DNA of 61,616 nt, filler included. It is 15 parts of 15 records of this genome, joined end to end, with 100 filler letters (N's around TTAATTAATTAA, not from the genome) between each part and the next. Parts side by side here need not be neighbours in the genome. Positions count along the whole stretch, not along the records: positions 1 to 4,268 come from SRR15195285_16253; positions 4,369 to 8,141 come from SRR15195285_16292; positions 8,242 to 11,352 come from SRR15195285_16356; positions 11,453 to 15,463 come from SRR15195285_16559; 11 more parts are not named here. One strand, 5' to 3'. The notes beneath the pieces were generated by a model. The model did not search any database. It saw only the letters and a list, made by a program, of their open reading frames with translations, and was not told the DNA's origin. This document shows positions 1 through 11,706 of this stretch, one piece after another; the stretch's first letter is position 1; every line of letters starts with the position of its first letter. Position numbers and translations under genes: made by a program.

Positions 1-153
1 GTTTGCAGTATCTTTTCAGTACCCAGATTGTCGAGCCCGGCCCGCGCCCCGCCAGCCGCATGCCGGCGGCCGGCGCGCCGCCACCGCGTACCCGCGGGTT
101 CCGGCGTCGCGTTTGGAAAGTTGCGCCAATTTGGCGGCTTCCGCCTGCGCTCG

Positions 154-1748
154 ATGGCTGATGGTACTGGGAGTACGTCTGCCGCTCAGCTCGAGGGCGG
201 GGCGCGTGGGAACACCGCAGGACCAGTGCTCAGTCTCCGCCCCTTCATGTTCGCTGAGGCGCTGAGCCCAGTTGTGTCAGGCCTGTCAGACGAGGATCGC
301 TGTGCGTCGTGCTATCCAGTATCCTCCACCAGCAGCGTCTCAGAAATCTCGAGTCTGACCGGCTTCATACTGCTTTATTCTTGCTGGCAGATCTCTTCGA
401 TCTGAACGGTTTCCTGCACTTCGAGAACGCTCTGAGTCCCGATGAGCTTGCCAATGCCCAGGCAGCCGTGGCCGAAGCGATGGCCGCTGGAAAACGCGGA
501 GAGGCATGGTGCTGGAACAAAGCTATGGAGGTCAGTGTGCACCCTCACGTTGTTGAAGCTAAGTTTCTAAAAGTATGTCGACCATCCTATGTAGGGCTTG
601 GTGTTCCATCGAAAGCTCTGGCCGGCCGTAATGGAACTTACGAACGGCAAGCCGAAGCTTAAGGGTGGACAAATGATTGTAGATGACCCAAAGCTTGGTA
701 TCGGTAATGTCCAGGGAAGTGGAGGGCATCTGCACTGTGCGCGTGAAGACTGGGGGCCTGAGAGCGCCTCGTTTGAGGTGGTACAAGGGCAGATTCGAGC
801 GAACGATTTTATCGTGTTCATTTGTGCGCTCTCTATCATGCCATCTCGAGCTGTTGCACAGTCCGTCCCTATGCTGCGTTCTGTGTATGTTGAAACGACG
901 TGTAATACTTTTCTGAACGTGTTCCCGTGGTCCAGATCTCACTGACGTTAACGATGACGATGGGGGACTTGCTGTGAGGCGCACTACGCATACATCCTTG
1001 CGTTGCTGAACTGCTCAGAGTAGATAGGCTTGTCATTCAGGTACTTCCTGGTTCACATAAGAGTTCGTTCCCACGTCCACACGGTCTGTTTGGTACTTAT
1101 GGATTCGCGGCACGCAAGGCGTTCCGAGAAAACGGCAATACCAATGTCAAGGCGTCTGAAATGCCACTTCCAGAGTCGTACAAAAAGCTAGGGATGAAGC
1201 CAATCTGTCCAAATGCTGGTGACATGATGGTTATGCCTGAAGTACGCATTCTTTCAATGATTAACGCATCTGTGCCCTGCAGGGCTACCTTCTCAATTCA
1301 GTTGCCTCAAGCAGTCATTTGAAAACCAGACTGATTAATATGTGTACGCGCGTACTGCACGGTTCAGGCAATGACCCATGCGGTTATGCCTTGGATGCCC
1401 ACCGACCGAGCACGTCACGTCCTTGGACTTCGGTCCGTCAGCGCTCTATCATTATTTTCATTCCGTGTTGAAAGATTGTAACAAACAGCAGCAGCTCTTC
1501 GTGCGTTTTCGTGCTGACTTGGGGCCGTGGTTGTCATACGCAGGTACCAGTCGCAGCACTTGGGCGGCGAACAGATGTGGGATGAGAAGATTCTGCATCG
1601 ACTCTCTCCGAACACGCTCGAACTATTGCAGCATGCCCACTACACCTACACCAAAGGAATCGCCACCACATATTTGCCAACACTCGATAGTGACCTGACC
1701 AGGGACACATCAGCCCGCAATTTCCCGACGGCTGCGCCAAAACTGTAG
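154..1748 (+). CDS. Phytanoyl-CoA dioxygenase (PhyH)-family Fe(II)/2OG oxygenase, multi-exon
   Basis: Spliced reading gives YLFDLNGFLHFENALSPDEL ... GHLHCARED ... LTDVNDDDGGLAVLPGSHK ... AGDMMVMPEAMTHAVMPW; GT-AG introns join the ORF pieces; stop at 1748. Confidence 0.8.
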
Positions 1749-1832
1749 CACGAGTCATGAAAATTCACGAGCTCGGGAGATACGAATAGAGTCCCTCACT
1801 CATGATACACGTATTGATTCATTGAGCACCAA

Positions 1833-3942
1833 TCATTTGGCACCACATGCTGTCGAGCCAAACACCGCAAAGGATCTTAAGACAGCACGTCCGTCACCCA
1901 GCACCTTGGTAATGTTCAGCCGAATTGCTGCCGCGTTCAGCACTGGTGCAGCTTCTTCGGTCGTCTCGTTGGAACACAGCTTGATCACACGCTTTCGCCC
2001 AACAGCAGTACCATTGAAAGCAGCCACTTGGCGCACAACTGGCAGCCAAGGAGCGTCCCCACCACCTTGGGGGCCGCCGCCGCCTCCGCCACAGACACCG
2101 ACATTGGAGCACGGGAACAGCCACGGCTGCGGAGCGCTCCAGTCACCTCCAACAGCCTATGTCACACATAACACTCGATTCAAGACCATTTAAATCGCAG
2201 TTGATCCGCCCTCGTGCCGCCAGTGTGAAACCAGTCGCTTGGTTGCAAGGTTCCGCGCGACTGACTGAGCAAGCAAAATCATTGAGTTCCTTCCGCACCT
2301 GTTGGATCTCCAGCGTGAACGCAGCAATTTTTTGGCCTTGGCTTATGTCCTCCATAATCCATAGTCTATCAAAACTAGAAGCTAATGGTAGCGGCAGTAC
2401 GATGCTCACACTTTTGGCTCGCGACGGCTGCACTTTCACACCTTTTTTCTCTGCTAGTATGTTGTGCTGTCCGTAGCACCCGCGTATCCAGTCGCCAAAC
2501 TCTGTATATCGTGCGACATGGGCAGCGGGCAGGCTTCCGGTGAAGTCCGGCGTGACGCCGAGAAGCAGATTGGCGTTGTGCCCGACCGAGTTATCGTACT
2601 CAATCTGCAACTCGCGCAAGGACTTGAAGGTCTGGGCTGGTGACCACCACCAGATTGACTGGCCCTAATTGGCAGGAACATCAGCACACGCACTCAGCCG
2701 TGACTACTGAAGAAATGCAACGGTAGACCAATCGATTACTACAGTCTGCCATAGCACGATGCCCTAAATCGCGACCAGAAATGGCGTCTCTGGCAGGTGC
2801 TCTGCACTGTTTACAAGCCTTGTTGTTTCAACTTACCGTCGCGAACGGTGTATCCACCTCTGCCTGGTCGGTGCGCGAGATCCTGAGGTCAGAGCAGTAA
2901 ACGAGAAAGCGCGCGACAGCCAGAGCTACGGGTGCGGATGTAGACACATTGGTGCGCACCGGTGCAACGACGCTTCCATTTGCATGGCCTGGCCCGTTGG
3001 CCATCGAGTTATGTGATGCGATCCAGTTTGGCTCTGCAGCATGGCCGTTCTCGTTCCCGATCCAACGTACCGCTTCGTCCTTTGTCGGACCTTGAAATGC
3101 GACGGCGTTTGGCTGCAACGTTTGCATTAATGCTCCAACGGCAGCAACAGCTGATGCTGACCAACCGACCAGACCTCCATCGAACCACAGCTCGGTCTGC
3201 ATAAAAGCAGCAGTGAGAACCCAGTACGAGTACATGTAGCATGTTCCAAAGCACGCGCAGATCACACTCCTGCATTAGTAGGATAGTGACCTACATGATT
3301 TCCGTACCGGCTTGGATCCCACACTTCCGCCAGCATCTGCGTTGTGACGTTGAAATACTGTTCAGCACTCAGTTTCGGGGCGCCAGGGCCATTGGGGCTC
3401 ATCTTTCCGTGCAAGAAGCCTCCCCAGTAGTCGTACTCGAGCTGAAAATACACGCCTGTGCCGATGTTTGCGGTGGTCATCGCATCCACGTACGCTCGCA
3501 TGACGTCTGGCACGCCGAGCAGTGGTGACTGTGCGGTGCTATAGTTATACGACGTTCCATCTGGAAACTTAGCTTGCGAAGGCCACAGAGCATATCCGCA
3601 ACCCCCGCTGGCGGCAATAACGCTGTATCTTGCCCCCAGCGCCTGGAATGCACGTGTCCACTGCGGTAGGTCGGGTGTGGAGTTGAAGAGTGCGGCTGGC
3701 GGTGCAGTGAAGTTCCCAAAGCAGGTGGTGTTGGGCGGAGCCCAAGGTGCGTTTGGCATTCCGATCCCGTAGTTGATCATCGCGCCTAGCTCCAGCTCCA
3801 TCCATCTGAGCTGAGCAGCACTGGGCTTCGCAGTCGATGGTGGCACATGTGGTATGCGGCGGGTGGTGAAAAGGCCTTGCGCAGTCCCGGCGCTGAGGAC
3901 GAGGAGCACTACATTTAGCACTGGCAGTAGCTGGTCCAGCAT
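1833..3942 (-). CDS. Secreted alpha-L-fucosidase (GH29), multi-exon
   Basis: Signal peptide; QLRWMELELGAMINYG, ELWFDGG, QPNAVAFQGP, VRWIGNENGHA, YDNSVGHNANLLL, MEDISQGQKI are GH29 hallmarks. Confidence 0.88.
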
Positions 3943-4268
3943 CGCGATCGTGCACGCGCGCCCGTATTAGCTAGCTAGCGCGAGATTCTAAGATGTTGTC
4001 CTGCGATCGCACGCACGGAGACCACGAGTGACCGCCCCCACGCGTACGCGCGAGAATGTATTCATACGTAACTCACTATATAATAGTATATGAAACCAGA
4101 TTGTGCGCCAACTTTTCTGCTCAACTGGTGCGGCCACTGTCTGCACGAACATAAAACTCGTAGGGATTGGGATGCAGTATAGCGTTGAAGTGATCAAAAT
4201 CCCTGTGTGTACAGTATGAACAAGTCAGACAAGAGACATACTAGAGTCATTTGCGTATGGCTGTCGAC

Positions 4269-4368
4269 NNNNNNNNNNNNNNNNNNNNNNNNNNNNNNNN
4301 NNNNNNNNNNNNTTAATTAATTAANNNNNNNNNNNNNNNNNNNNNNNNNNNNNNNNNNNNNNNNNNNN
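4269..4368. other. Artificial contig-joining spacer (first of 14; others start at about 8142, 11353, 15464, 18839, 23074, 27567, 33465, 36787, 41355, 45316, 48749, 52813, 56858)
   Basis: Identical N44-TTAATTAATTAA-N44 blocks with stops in all six frames. Confidence 0.99.
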
Positions 4369-6550
4369 AGGGTTAGGCGGTGGCACGAAAGAACAGCTGG
4401 AAGCTGCAAGGAAATGGAAACAGCAGGCTGTAGAAAAACGCCGTGGCAAGCCGACGAATTCGTTTTTTGGGAACCAAGTCGGCAGCTTTCAGACGACTCA
4501 GCCTCCGAGCCCGGACTCTCCAGCAATCATTTTGAATAAGTGGGCACAAAAAGCCGCTGAGGAGCGTCGGGCAGCTGCCGCGGCTGCAAAAGAGCAGGCT
4601 ACAGTTGATGCCTGGGGTGGCACACCTCCGCGTGTGGATGAGCTGAGTGCGGTGGCTCAGCTTCGAAAGGACAAGTCCAACCGGCAGAAGAAGCGTGGGA
4701 AAGGAGTGAAGGGATCTGGTGCACCGAATGGAGGTATGTTCATGGCCGAGAGCGGAATCAAGACCACAACTGGTCCCCATGATCCTAGTGATACGGAGGG
4801 TGGTGCAACAGGCCTTGGATGGCTTTACAAAGGTGATGTAATTGTGGTCATGAAGATGGAAGGGCTCACGTCTGGTGCAGTGGTTGGGAAAATAGAGGGC
4901 GTGAATCGTGGCTGGGTAGTGATGCTTGACCAGTACGGCAATACGAAGCTTACCCGTATTCCTAGGCCAACTGCTTTAGAGCGAGCGCAGTTTGAGCTCG
5001 AGAAGGACGAGTTGATTGAAATGCAGGCGCGCCTTGCCAAGAGCGATGCTGGCGCTGGCGCTGTCCGTCTGCAGGCCATCGCTGACGCAGGGGTCAAATC
5101 GGGCACGTTGAGAGAGCGCATTGCTGAGTTAGAGACCAAAATCCAGGCATCATCTGCGCTTGGAAGGAGGCGCACGCGGTACAAACGTGAGCTGAGGGAG
5201 CTTGACCACGAACTTGCACGCATCGAGAGTGACAAGAAGTCAATGGAAAATGGTGGGACGACGCGACGGATGCTAGTCGAAGAAATCTCCTGCCAGGTAC
5301 GTGTTACAGTGCATTATGAGATCACCGTTTCACCCTATCACGGCATGATATCATGAATATAGCGCTACTATAGTATGTCTAAGCAGTCATTACATTTTTT
5401 CTGCTTGGCCCGGAAATACGCAAATGGAATCTTGTCCTGATTAACTGTTGTAAACGGGGTAGGAGGAGGTTGTGAATAGCCTGCGCGTTCGTGTTGAGGC
5501 TGAAGACAAGCTGATCGAGCTAGAGGCTCTTGCAAAAGCTGATCGAAAAAGAGCCCGAAAAGAGGAAAAAATGCGTGAGGCAGAGGAGGCCCGACAGCGC
5601 GAGCACGCAGAGTTGAACCTCGTCAGACGGCGGCGGGCTCACAACCAGCTGGCAAGCCTCGGCATCAACGTTACCTCTCCAAACGGTACGCAGCGAGCTG
5701 AAGCAATTCGATTTCTCAATTTGAGGATCGCTAACAGGTGGTGGTGGTGTCTGTGCCAGGTTCACCACGCTCAGACGCTTTGGACGGCATGCCCCACAAA
5801 CGCCGTGGTGCCGTCGTGGGCTCAGACGCCTTCGCGTCCACGGAGGATGCCCATTCACCACCAGGTCCGAATCTCCGGCGCCGAGGTGCGGTTACTGGGC
5901 TGCTTCCGCTAATGATTCCATCAAGTGCCGGATCTCCAGTTGGAACGTCTCTCGCAAGCGCACACAGCTCCGCTTTCAGCCAACTTGAACTCGATGGCGC
6001 TGCGCTCAGTGCTGATGGTATGGAGGCGGCACTGCGTGTTGCACGCTCATATGCGCCAGACCGTTTTGATGAAATTTTGATTCGAGAGCTCGGTAAGCGC
6101 TCACAGAAAGTAGCGGAAGACGCTGCCCGGGCGGAGAACGATGCTCAGATGGATCGCTTTCGCATGCAAAACCGGCTGACGCACGAGCTTGCACATGAAG
6201 GCCTGCCGAGAGATGTGCGGAGATGGGACACAGCAGCGTCACTCCAATGGCTCGCAGCAATCGGAGTGCGGGGTGCGCAGGCCTCTGCAGTCGTGCAAAT
6301 GCATGGCCTTGACGGTGAAGGTCTGCTGTTCAGCGATCCAGCAGTGCTCGGGCGTCTCTTTCGACCGGCATGGGTTTCGGCAGGTGTACCAGAGCTGCAG
6401 ACTGACACACGCATCAAGGCCCTGTGCAATGCTCTTGACTACTTGCGCACCGAGGTGGCTGGGCTGCCTCCCTGGACCGCAAAGGTTGAGCTTGCGCCAA
6501 ACGAGTTGGACGAATGGGGTCGTGTGAAAAAAAGTGAAGCCGCGGTATGA
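4369..6550 (+). CDS. Hypothetical coiled-coil protein with possible SH3-like segment and C-terminal SAM-like domain; multi-exon, 5' partial
   Basis: ORFs 4532-5356, 5472-5912 and 5738-6550 separated by GT-AG introns; heptad-rich segments; VRRWDTAASLQWLAAIG...HGLDGEGLL resembles SAM. Confidence 0.55.
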
Positions 6551-6839
6551 AACGTGCGGCTAGTTGTCTGGTGCGGCTAGTTGTCGCGGCTAGAAAGTAT
6601 AAGCAGCGTTGACTAGTTAACACGTTTTTATGTGCCCTTCAGCATCGCTCTGACGGTTCAGCAAGAATTGTCCAAAGCAAACAGCTGTGGCTGAGCGCCA
6701 CCATGGTAATCAGGCTAGTCTACTGCCCACGATGCGTCCCTAAAGCGATATTTAGCCCGGTGAATGGTGGGATTGGATTGATATTGACCCACTTCCCTGC
6801 CAGCAACATCATGTATCATATTGGCATTTGCAAGGTCGC

Positions 6840-8141
6840 CTAGAGGTGGGACGGGCGGAGGAGGGTGTCTTGGAGCGCACCCATCCTCGCCTCGTTAACA
6901 CCCAGGACGCGTAGCTTATCTTCAGACCGCTTCCGTGCAACGCAATCGTGGATACAGCTTTGCGTGGTGAGAATTTCAAGCACCTGGCTCGCCTCGACGT
7001 CTATCCGACCTGCCCAAGATTCGGTGCTCGCAAGGCCGACATCCACGCGCCACGCGAGCCCATTGCAGATAGAGCTTACACCCTCTGGTCGCACAGTATG
7101 GCCCACAACCTGTGACCATCATAACCCGCACAAGCAAGGCTCCATCACCACATATCGACACATCCTCCTCAACACACATCAACCACAGTATGCCCATCTT
7201 GTTGCAAGGCAAGAACTGTTCCAGAAAAGATGCACCAACTGCTGCATATGCCAGCGAGGGGGCTGACAACTGAGGCCTGAACGCAAGTCAATGCGCACCG
7301 TTCGCGCGACATCAGCCTCGTCAAGTACCCACTTGAGCTCATGGCAGTATTTTCCGAGCGCTGGCGACTCCGAGTACCGCCGTGACCATATGGGTGAGCT
7401 CTGTCCTTCAAACCACTCTGGTGCTTGCCGCAACTCCGCAGCAGCAGTGGGGTCGGCTTTCACTGCAAGATGCTGGGCAATGGCGGCGTTCATCGCATCA
7501 ATTCCACCTACCATACCACCAACATCTGTTAGAAATATCGAATCTCTACACTGCCACCAACCTCCACCAAATGTCGTTGACAAGAACTGACCGCCGTCTA
7601 TCAGCGCCTTGTTTATGAGTCCGCCGTGGACGAATAGAGTGCCCTCGACCACCTGATTGCAAAACATAAGCAGCAGAATGATATCCACCAGTTCCTGATC
7701 GCACAATTCCAATTGTGCATTGTGGTGTATTACACACGGATGGCGCACCAGCATCAACGAGAACCACTCTGGTGGAACAAATGGTTTCGGCATAAGTTTG
7801 GGTACATTTTCCAGATCATGATCGCCCCAGACTGCGCGAAAGCAACCGCCAGCCTCCCTGGCTTGTTCGTGAACGCCTTGTGCATAGGACAACACGGCAC
7901 GATCGGACTCCTCCGCATTGTTCAACAGGTCACCGATTTGGATGACAGCGGTGGTGCCACCGATCCATGCATCTGCCTTATCGACCACCTCAGCGACCAG
8001 TAATGCGCGCTTTAATGCTGCCAGATCGCCGTGAATGTCGCCGAGTGCGACGATGCGCTGAAGAGCAGCAGCAGGAGGAGAAGGTGGCGGTGATGGTGGC
8101 GGCGGCGGGGAAGGAGGAGGAGGAGGAGGAGGAAGAGGAGG
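6840..8141 (-). CDS. Calcineurin-like metallophosphoesterase, Shewanella-like phosphatase (SLP) type; 5' partial after a poly-Pro stretch
   Basis: RIVALGDIHGD, VIQIGDLL, GDHD, LFVHGG, SPIWSRRYS, VVGHT, RVDVGL motifs across exons. Confidence 0.8.
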
Positions 8142-9147
8142 NNNNNNNNNNNNNNNNNNNNNNNNNNNNNNNNNNNNNNNNNNNNTTAATTAATTAANNN
8201 NNNNNNNNNNNNNNNNNNNNNNNNNNNNNNNNNNNNNNNNNGTTCCTTGCCTCTTGGCTTTCAATACATCCAGGCGCTTGATTGTACATGTACTGTACTG
8301 TTAGACGTGAGTGACTATGAATAATACACATGAAACTACTGTGTACACTACTATTCATAGTATACTGTTAGATCTAGTGTCGAAAAGGCATCCTTCACGC
8401 AACATTTGCAGCGGACTTATCGTATCACCGCACTGCCGTCTCGAAACATTGAATGCTTTACAATAACATTCATTTTTGTGTCGCTTGTACTATCAATAGT
8501 ACGATTTTACTCCTGCACTATCTACTAGTACTACCAGTACCGTACTAATTCCTACTATGAATAGTACTACAGTACCTGCCGGTACTACCTAGGTAGATCT
8601 AGATCTAGCTAGTAGCTATTTACTACAGTACGACTCGGTATATAATGGTATTCTGAGTACTATTCGAATGCCAGCGGACGGACGGCCAGTTTGCATGGGC
8701 AAGAGCGAAGACGCATGCACACGAGCTTGCGAACAAGCACGACAATCGGCACTCGCCAATGGCAATGCGGATATCCGCACGGAATACGTCAATCCTGTAT
8801 AACTATGAATAGAGCTACAAGCGTATATTCTGAGCTACTGTACCTGTGAGCACTCGTTCCATCTGAACACAAGGATCACAAGCATCATGCAACAGCAAAC
8901 ACTGTGACGATGGGGAGGGCGCGTGACGCGGTACCTTGACCAATCGATGGTCGGCCATGGAGTCGGCCAAGGATATACAGTAGGACCTAGAATTAATGAA
9001 CGAACCTGGACGCCATTCAGGTCTCACCCGCGATCACCGATCAGCCGCGCCTGCAGCCAACTTCGAGGCTTGCCTTGGCTCGCTTTAGCAAGGGTCTGAG
9101 GCTCGACAGGGCCAAGGCTCCCGAGTCACTGCAGTACTGCACTAGTG

Positions 9148-11352
9148 ATGGGCAAGAAGAAGCAAGGGAAGAAGAACGGGAAGCAAGGGAAGAAGAACGG
9201 GAAGCGGCAGGAGAAGCGCGGTGACGTCGATGGGTTCGAGAATCCCGTCGCTCAGAGTACATTTGAGGACGAAGCTGACGCAGCGGAAGCGAACGCCGTG
9301 ACCACATTCGAAGACGACTCGAGGCCCACGCATTTGGCGAGAGCCGATGTAATTGCCGATGCAGGCACCTCCATTCTCACCGACACTGAGCCGGTCAAAA
9401 AAGGCTGTTGCTTGCGGCTGCTCGTTCCCACGCTTGCTACGAAGGGTGGCGGCTCCTCCAGCGCATCATCAATCGTCCAGTTCGACGCTATGCAGCTCAT
9501 GGACAAAGAGTCACTCGATCCTCAGCTGCACGACCACGCCGGGGAACTGGTGAGTTTTGCGCAACCCAAACTGAAAGTCAGCAAAAAGAACTTAGTGAAA
9601 CTGCAGTCTATTGATGGCGATGGCGAAGACGACGAGCAGGGCGCAATTGGGCAGCTAGAGGGCGAGCTGGCAGATCTTCAGAAGGAGATCAAGAAACGAC
9701 ACCAGTGGGAAGAAGGCCGACCGGTGAGCATAAAGCGCAAGGAAGAAAACCGCCTGCTGATGGAGCAAGTGAAGCAAGCAGAGGCGAGCTTGAAGAAAGA
9801 AAAGGCTCGTGCCCATGAGGCAAACGAGGTCGCACTGGCCGCTGCAGACTTAGTCGCCGAGTCAAAAGCAGTACAGAGGCTCCACAGTGTTGGGACAAAG
9901 GTGATGTCACAAGGGCGAGGTGTGGCGGCAATGGGCAAGCAGGCCAACGTCTTTACATTCAATGAACACGGACCACTGGGAATTGACTGGAATTATCAAG
10001 ACGGACATCCCGTCATTGCCGGGATTCGGGATGGTGGGTGTGCAGAAAATGTCCATGGGCTGCGCATTGGCATGGTGTTGTCGCAGTACCAGCAGCCTCG
10101 TCTCGGTCAGAAAACGAGCGTGGGTTACGATCAGATCAAAAAGGCGGCTGAAAAGCGGACAGCCCGACGCGACGGCGAAGAGATCACTCCAGGCGAAGTA
10201 GTTGAGTATCTAAAGGTGTGCCTCGAGTTGGTTGGGAGACCCCTGCAGCTCGTGTTTAAGAAACCTGGTACGAAACTGCAGCACAGCTCACTTGCTACCG
10301 CAAGCGACATGTAGTGATATGTGTTGTCGCTTCACTTGCAGATGTCGCTAAGGCGGCGGAAGGCGATGCGTTGCAGCGTCATCTCGAGGAGCGCAGTATC
10401 GGTTGCAAAATCGTGGACCTGCAGTACGTAGTCCCGCACAATGGGCTAGCACTTGGTGGTGTCTTCTTCAAAAGTAAAGAAGGGACAGTGTTATGTGATA
10501 TCACTGCGGACAGCGTGCTTGCAACTGTGAGTCCGCTATCTAGCCCGTTGATGCGGCGTTGCCGCACAGAATGTTTACTGTACTGCAATGGTGCGTGTGA
10601 ACTACAGGAAGACTTCCTCAAGCAAGGCATGCGTCCTGGACTCCTGTTGAAAGAGATCAAGACAGCAGATGGATTCGTTCGGTCGATGAGGCGCGATGAT
10701 TACAGCTACTTGCAAGCAATGAAGCAGCTGACGGTAGCGAAGCGGCCTTTCATCTGCACGTTCGAGCCGAGGGCTGTTCCGATGGCGTTTACGTTGGATG
10801 ATTCGTCTGCTGACAAGACAGTACCCTCGCTTACCTCTGACGCTGACTCACAATACACCAGGTACGGTGCCACATCAGACTGCCTGAAACACTTCTGCTG
10901 TTTCGTACGCTCCCGCTTACTTGAACGGCGCGCTGCACAGGCATTGCCGCGGCTTGACTTACAACATATTCCGACACTTGGGCCTTAGCTTGCGGGAGGA
11001 GATCATTGTCGTTGCTGGATCGAATGGTGGTTCCGGTTCTCTGAGTAGTACAGGCGGTTCTAATGCACGAACCAATGTTCACTGGCGCTGTCGCGTATCT
11101 GGCATCATACCTGGCGGCATGGTGAGCTTACAGTATTGTTTTCTCAGCATTCATCTTAGTCGAAAATGTCCTTCTTACCGATGAACACTGGACACGTGGA
11201 TATGATTTGCAGATTGACCGGTTTAATCGCCATCACATGCGCGGGTGGATCACTCCGGGAATGACAGTGACGACCATACAGAGCCCGTTCCTGAAACAAA
11301 CTAATGTAGACGGTATGAAATTGAGCCAGGTGGTGAAGCTATTCCATCGTGC
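9148..11352 (+). CDS. Protein with coiled coil and repeated PDZ-like domains; multi-exon, 3' partial
   Basis: FTFNEHGPLGIDW...IAGIRDGGCAE..GLRIGMVL...GRPLQLVF; second unit GMRPGLLLKEI...KRPFICTF; third unit ITPGMTVTTI. Confidence 0.6.
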
Positions 11353-11452
11353 NNNNNNNNNNNNNNNNNNNNNNNNNNNNNNNNNNNNNNNNNNNNTTAA
11401 TTAATTAANNNNNNNNNNNNNNNNNNNNNNNNNNNNNNNNNNNNNNNNNNNN

Positions 11453-11480
11453 CGGGCATTAGGCCTAATGCCTGGTGTCA
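11453..11480. repeat. Palindromic dispersed repeat, copy 1 (at contig edge)
   Basis: CGGGCATTAGGCCTAATGCCTGGTGTCA; reverse complement matches the copies at 36760 and 56830. Confidence 0.85.
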
Positions 11481-11706
11481 GTACACCTTGATGCTGTAAC
11501 TAGTAGCAGTAGCTGTAGCAGTTTGTGCTCTAAGCTGCGCCATAAATCAGATGTACCTGGTAGCAAAAAGCCAGTGTCTAGCTAGAGTCGGCTAACATCT
11601 CCGACACCCCGTTCCGGTTCTACAGATTCGATGTAACTAGCCAAGCAGCTTGCTGAGAAGCGATCCACTATCTGGTTGCGCTCCCCAGTGCGGCCGGATC
11701 GTCTTT

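Noticed and set aside
4369-4378. AGGGTTAGG telomere-like sequence at a contig start
   Set aside because: Only about 1.5 units, running into apparent coding sequence
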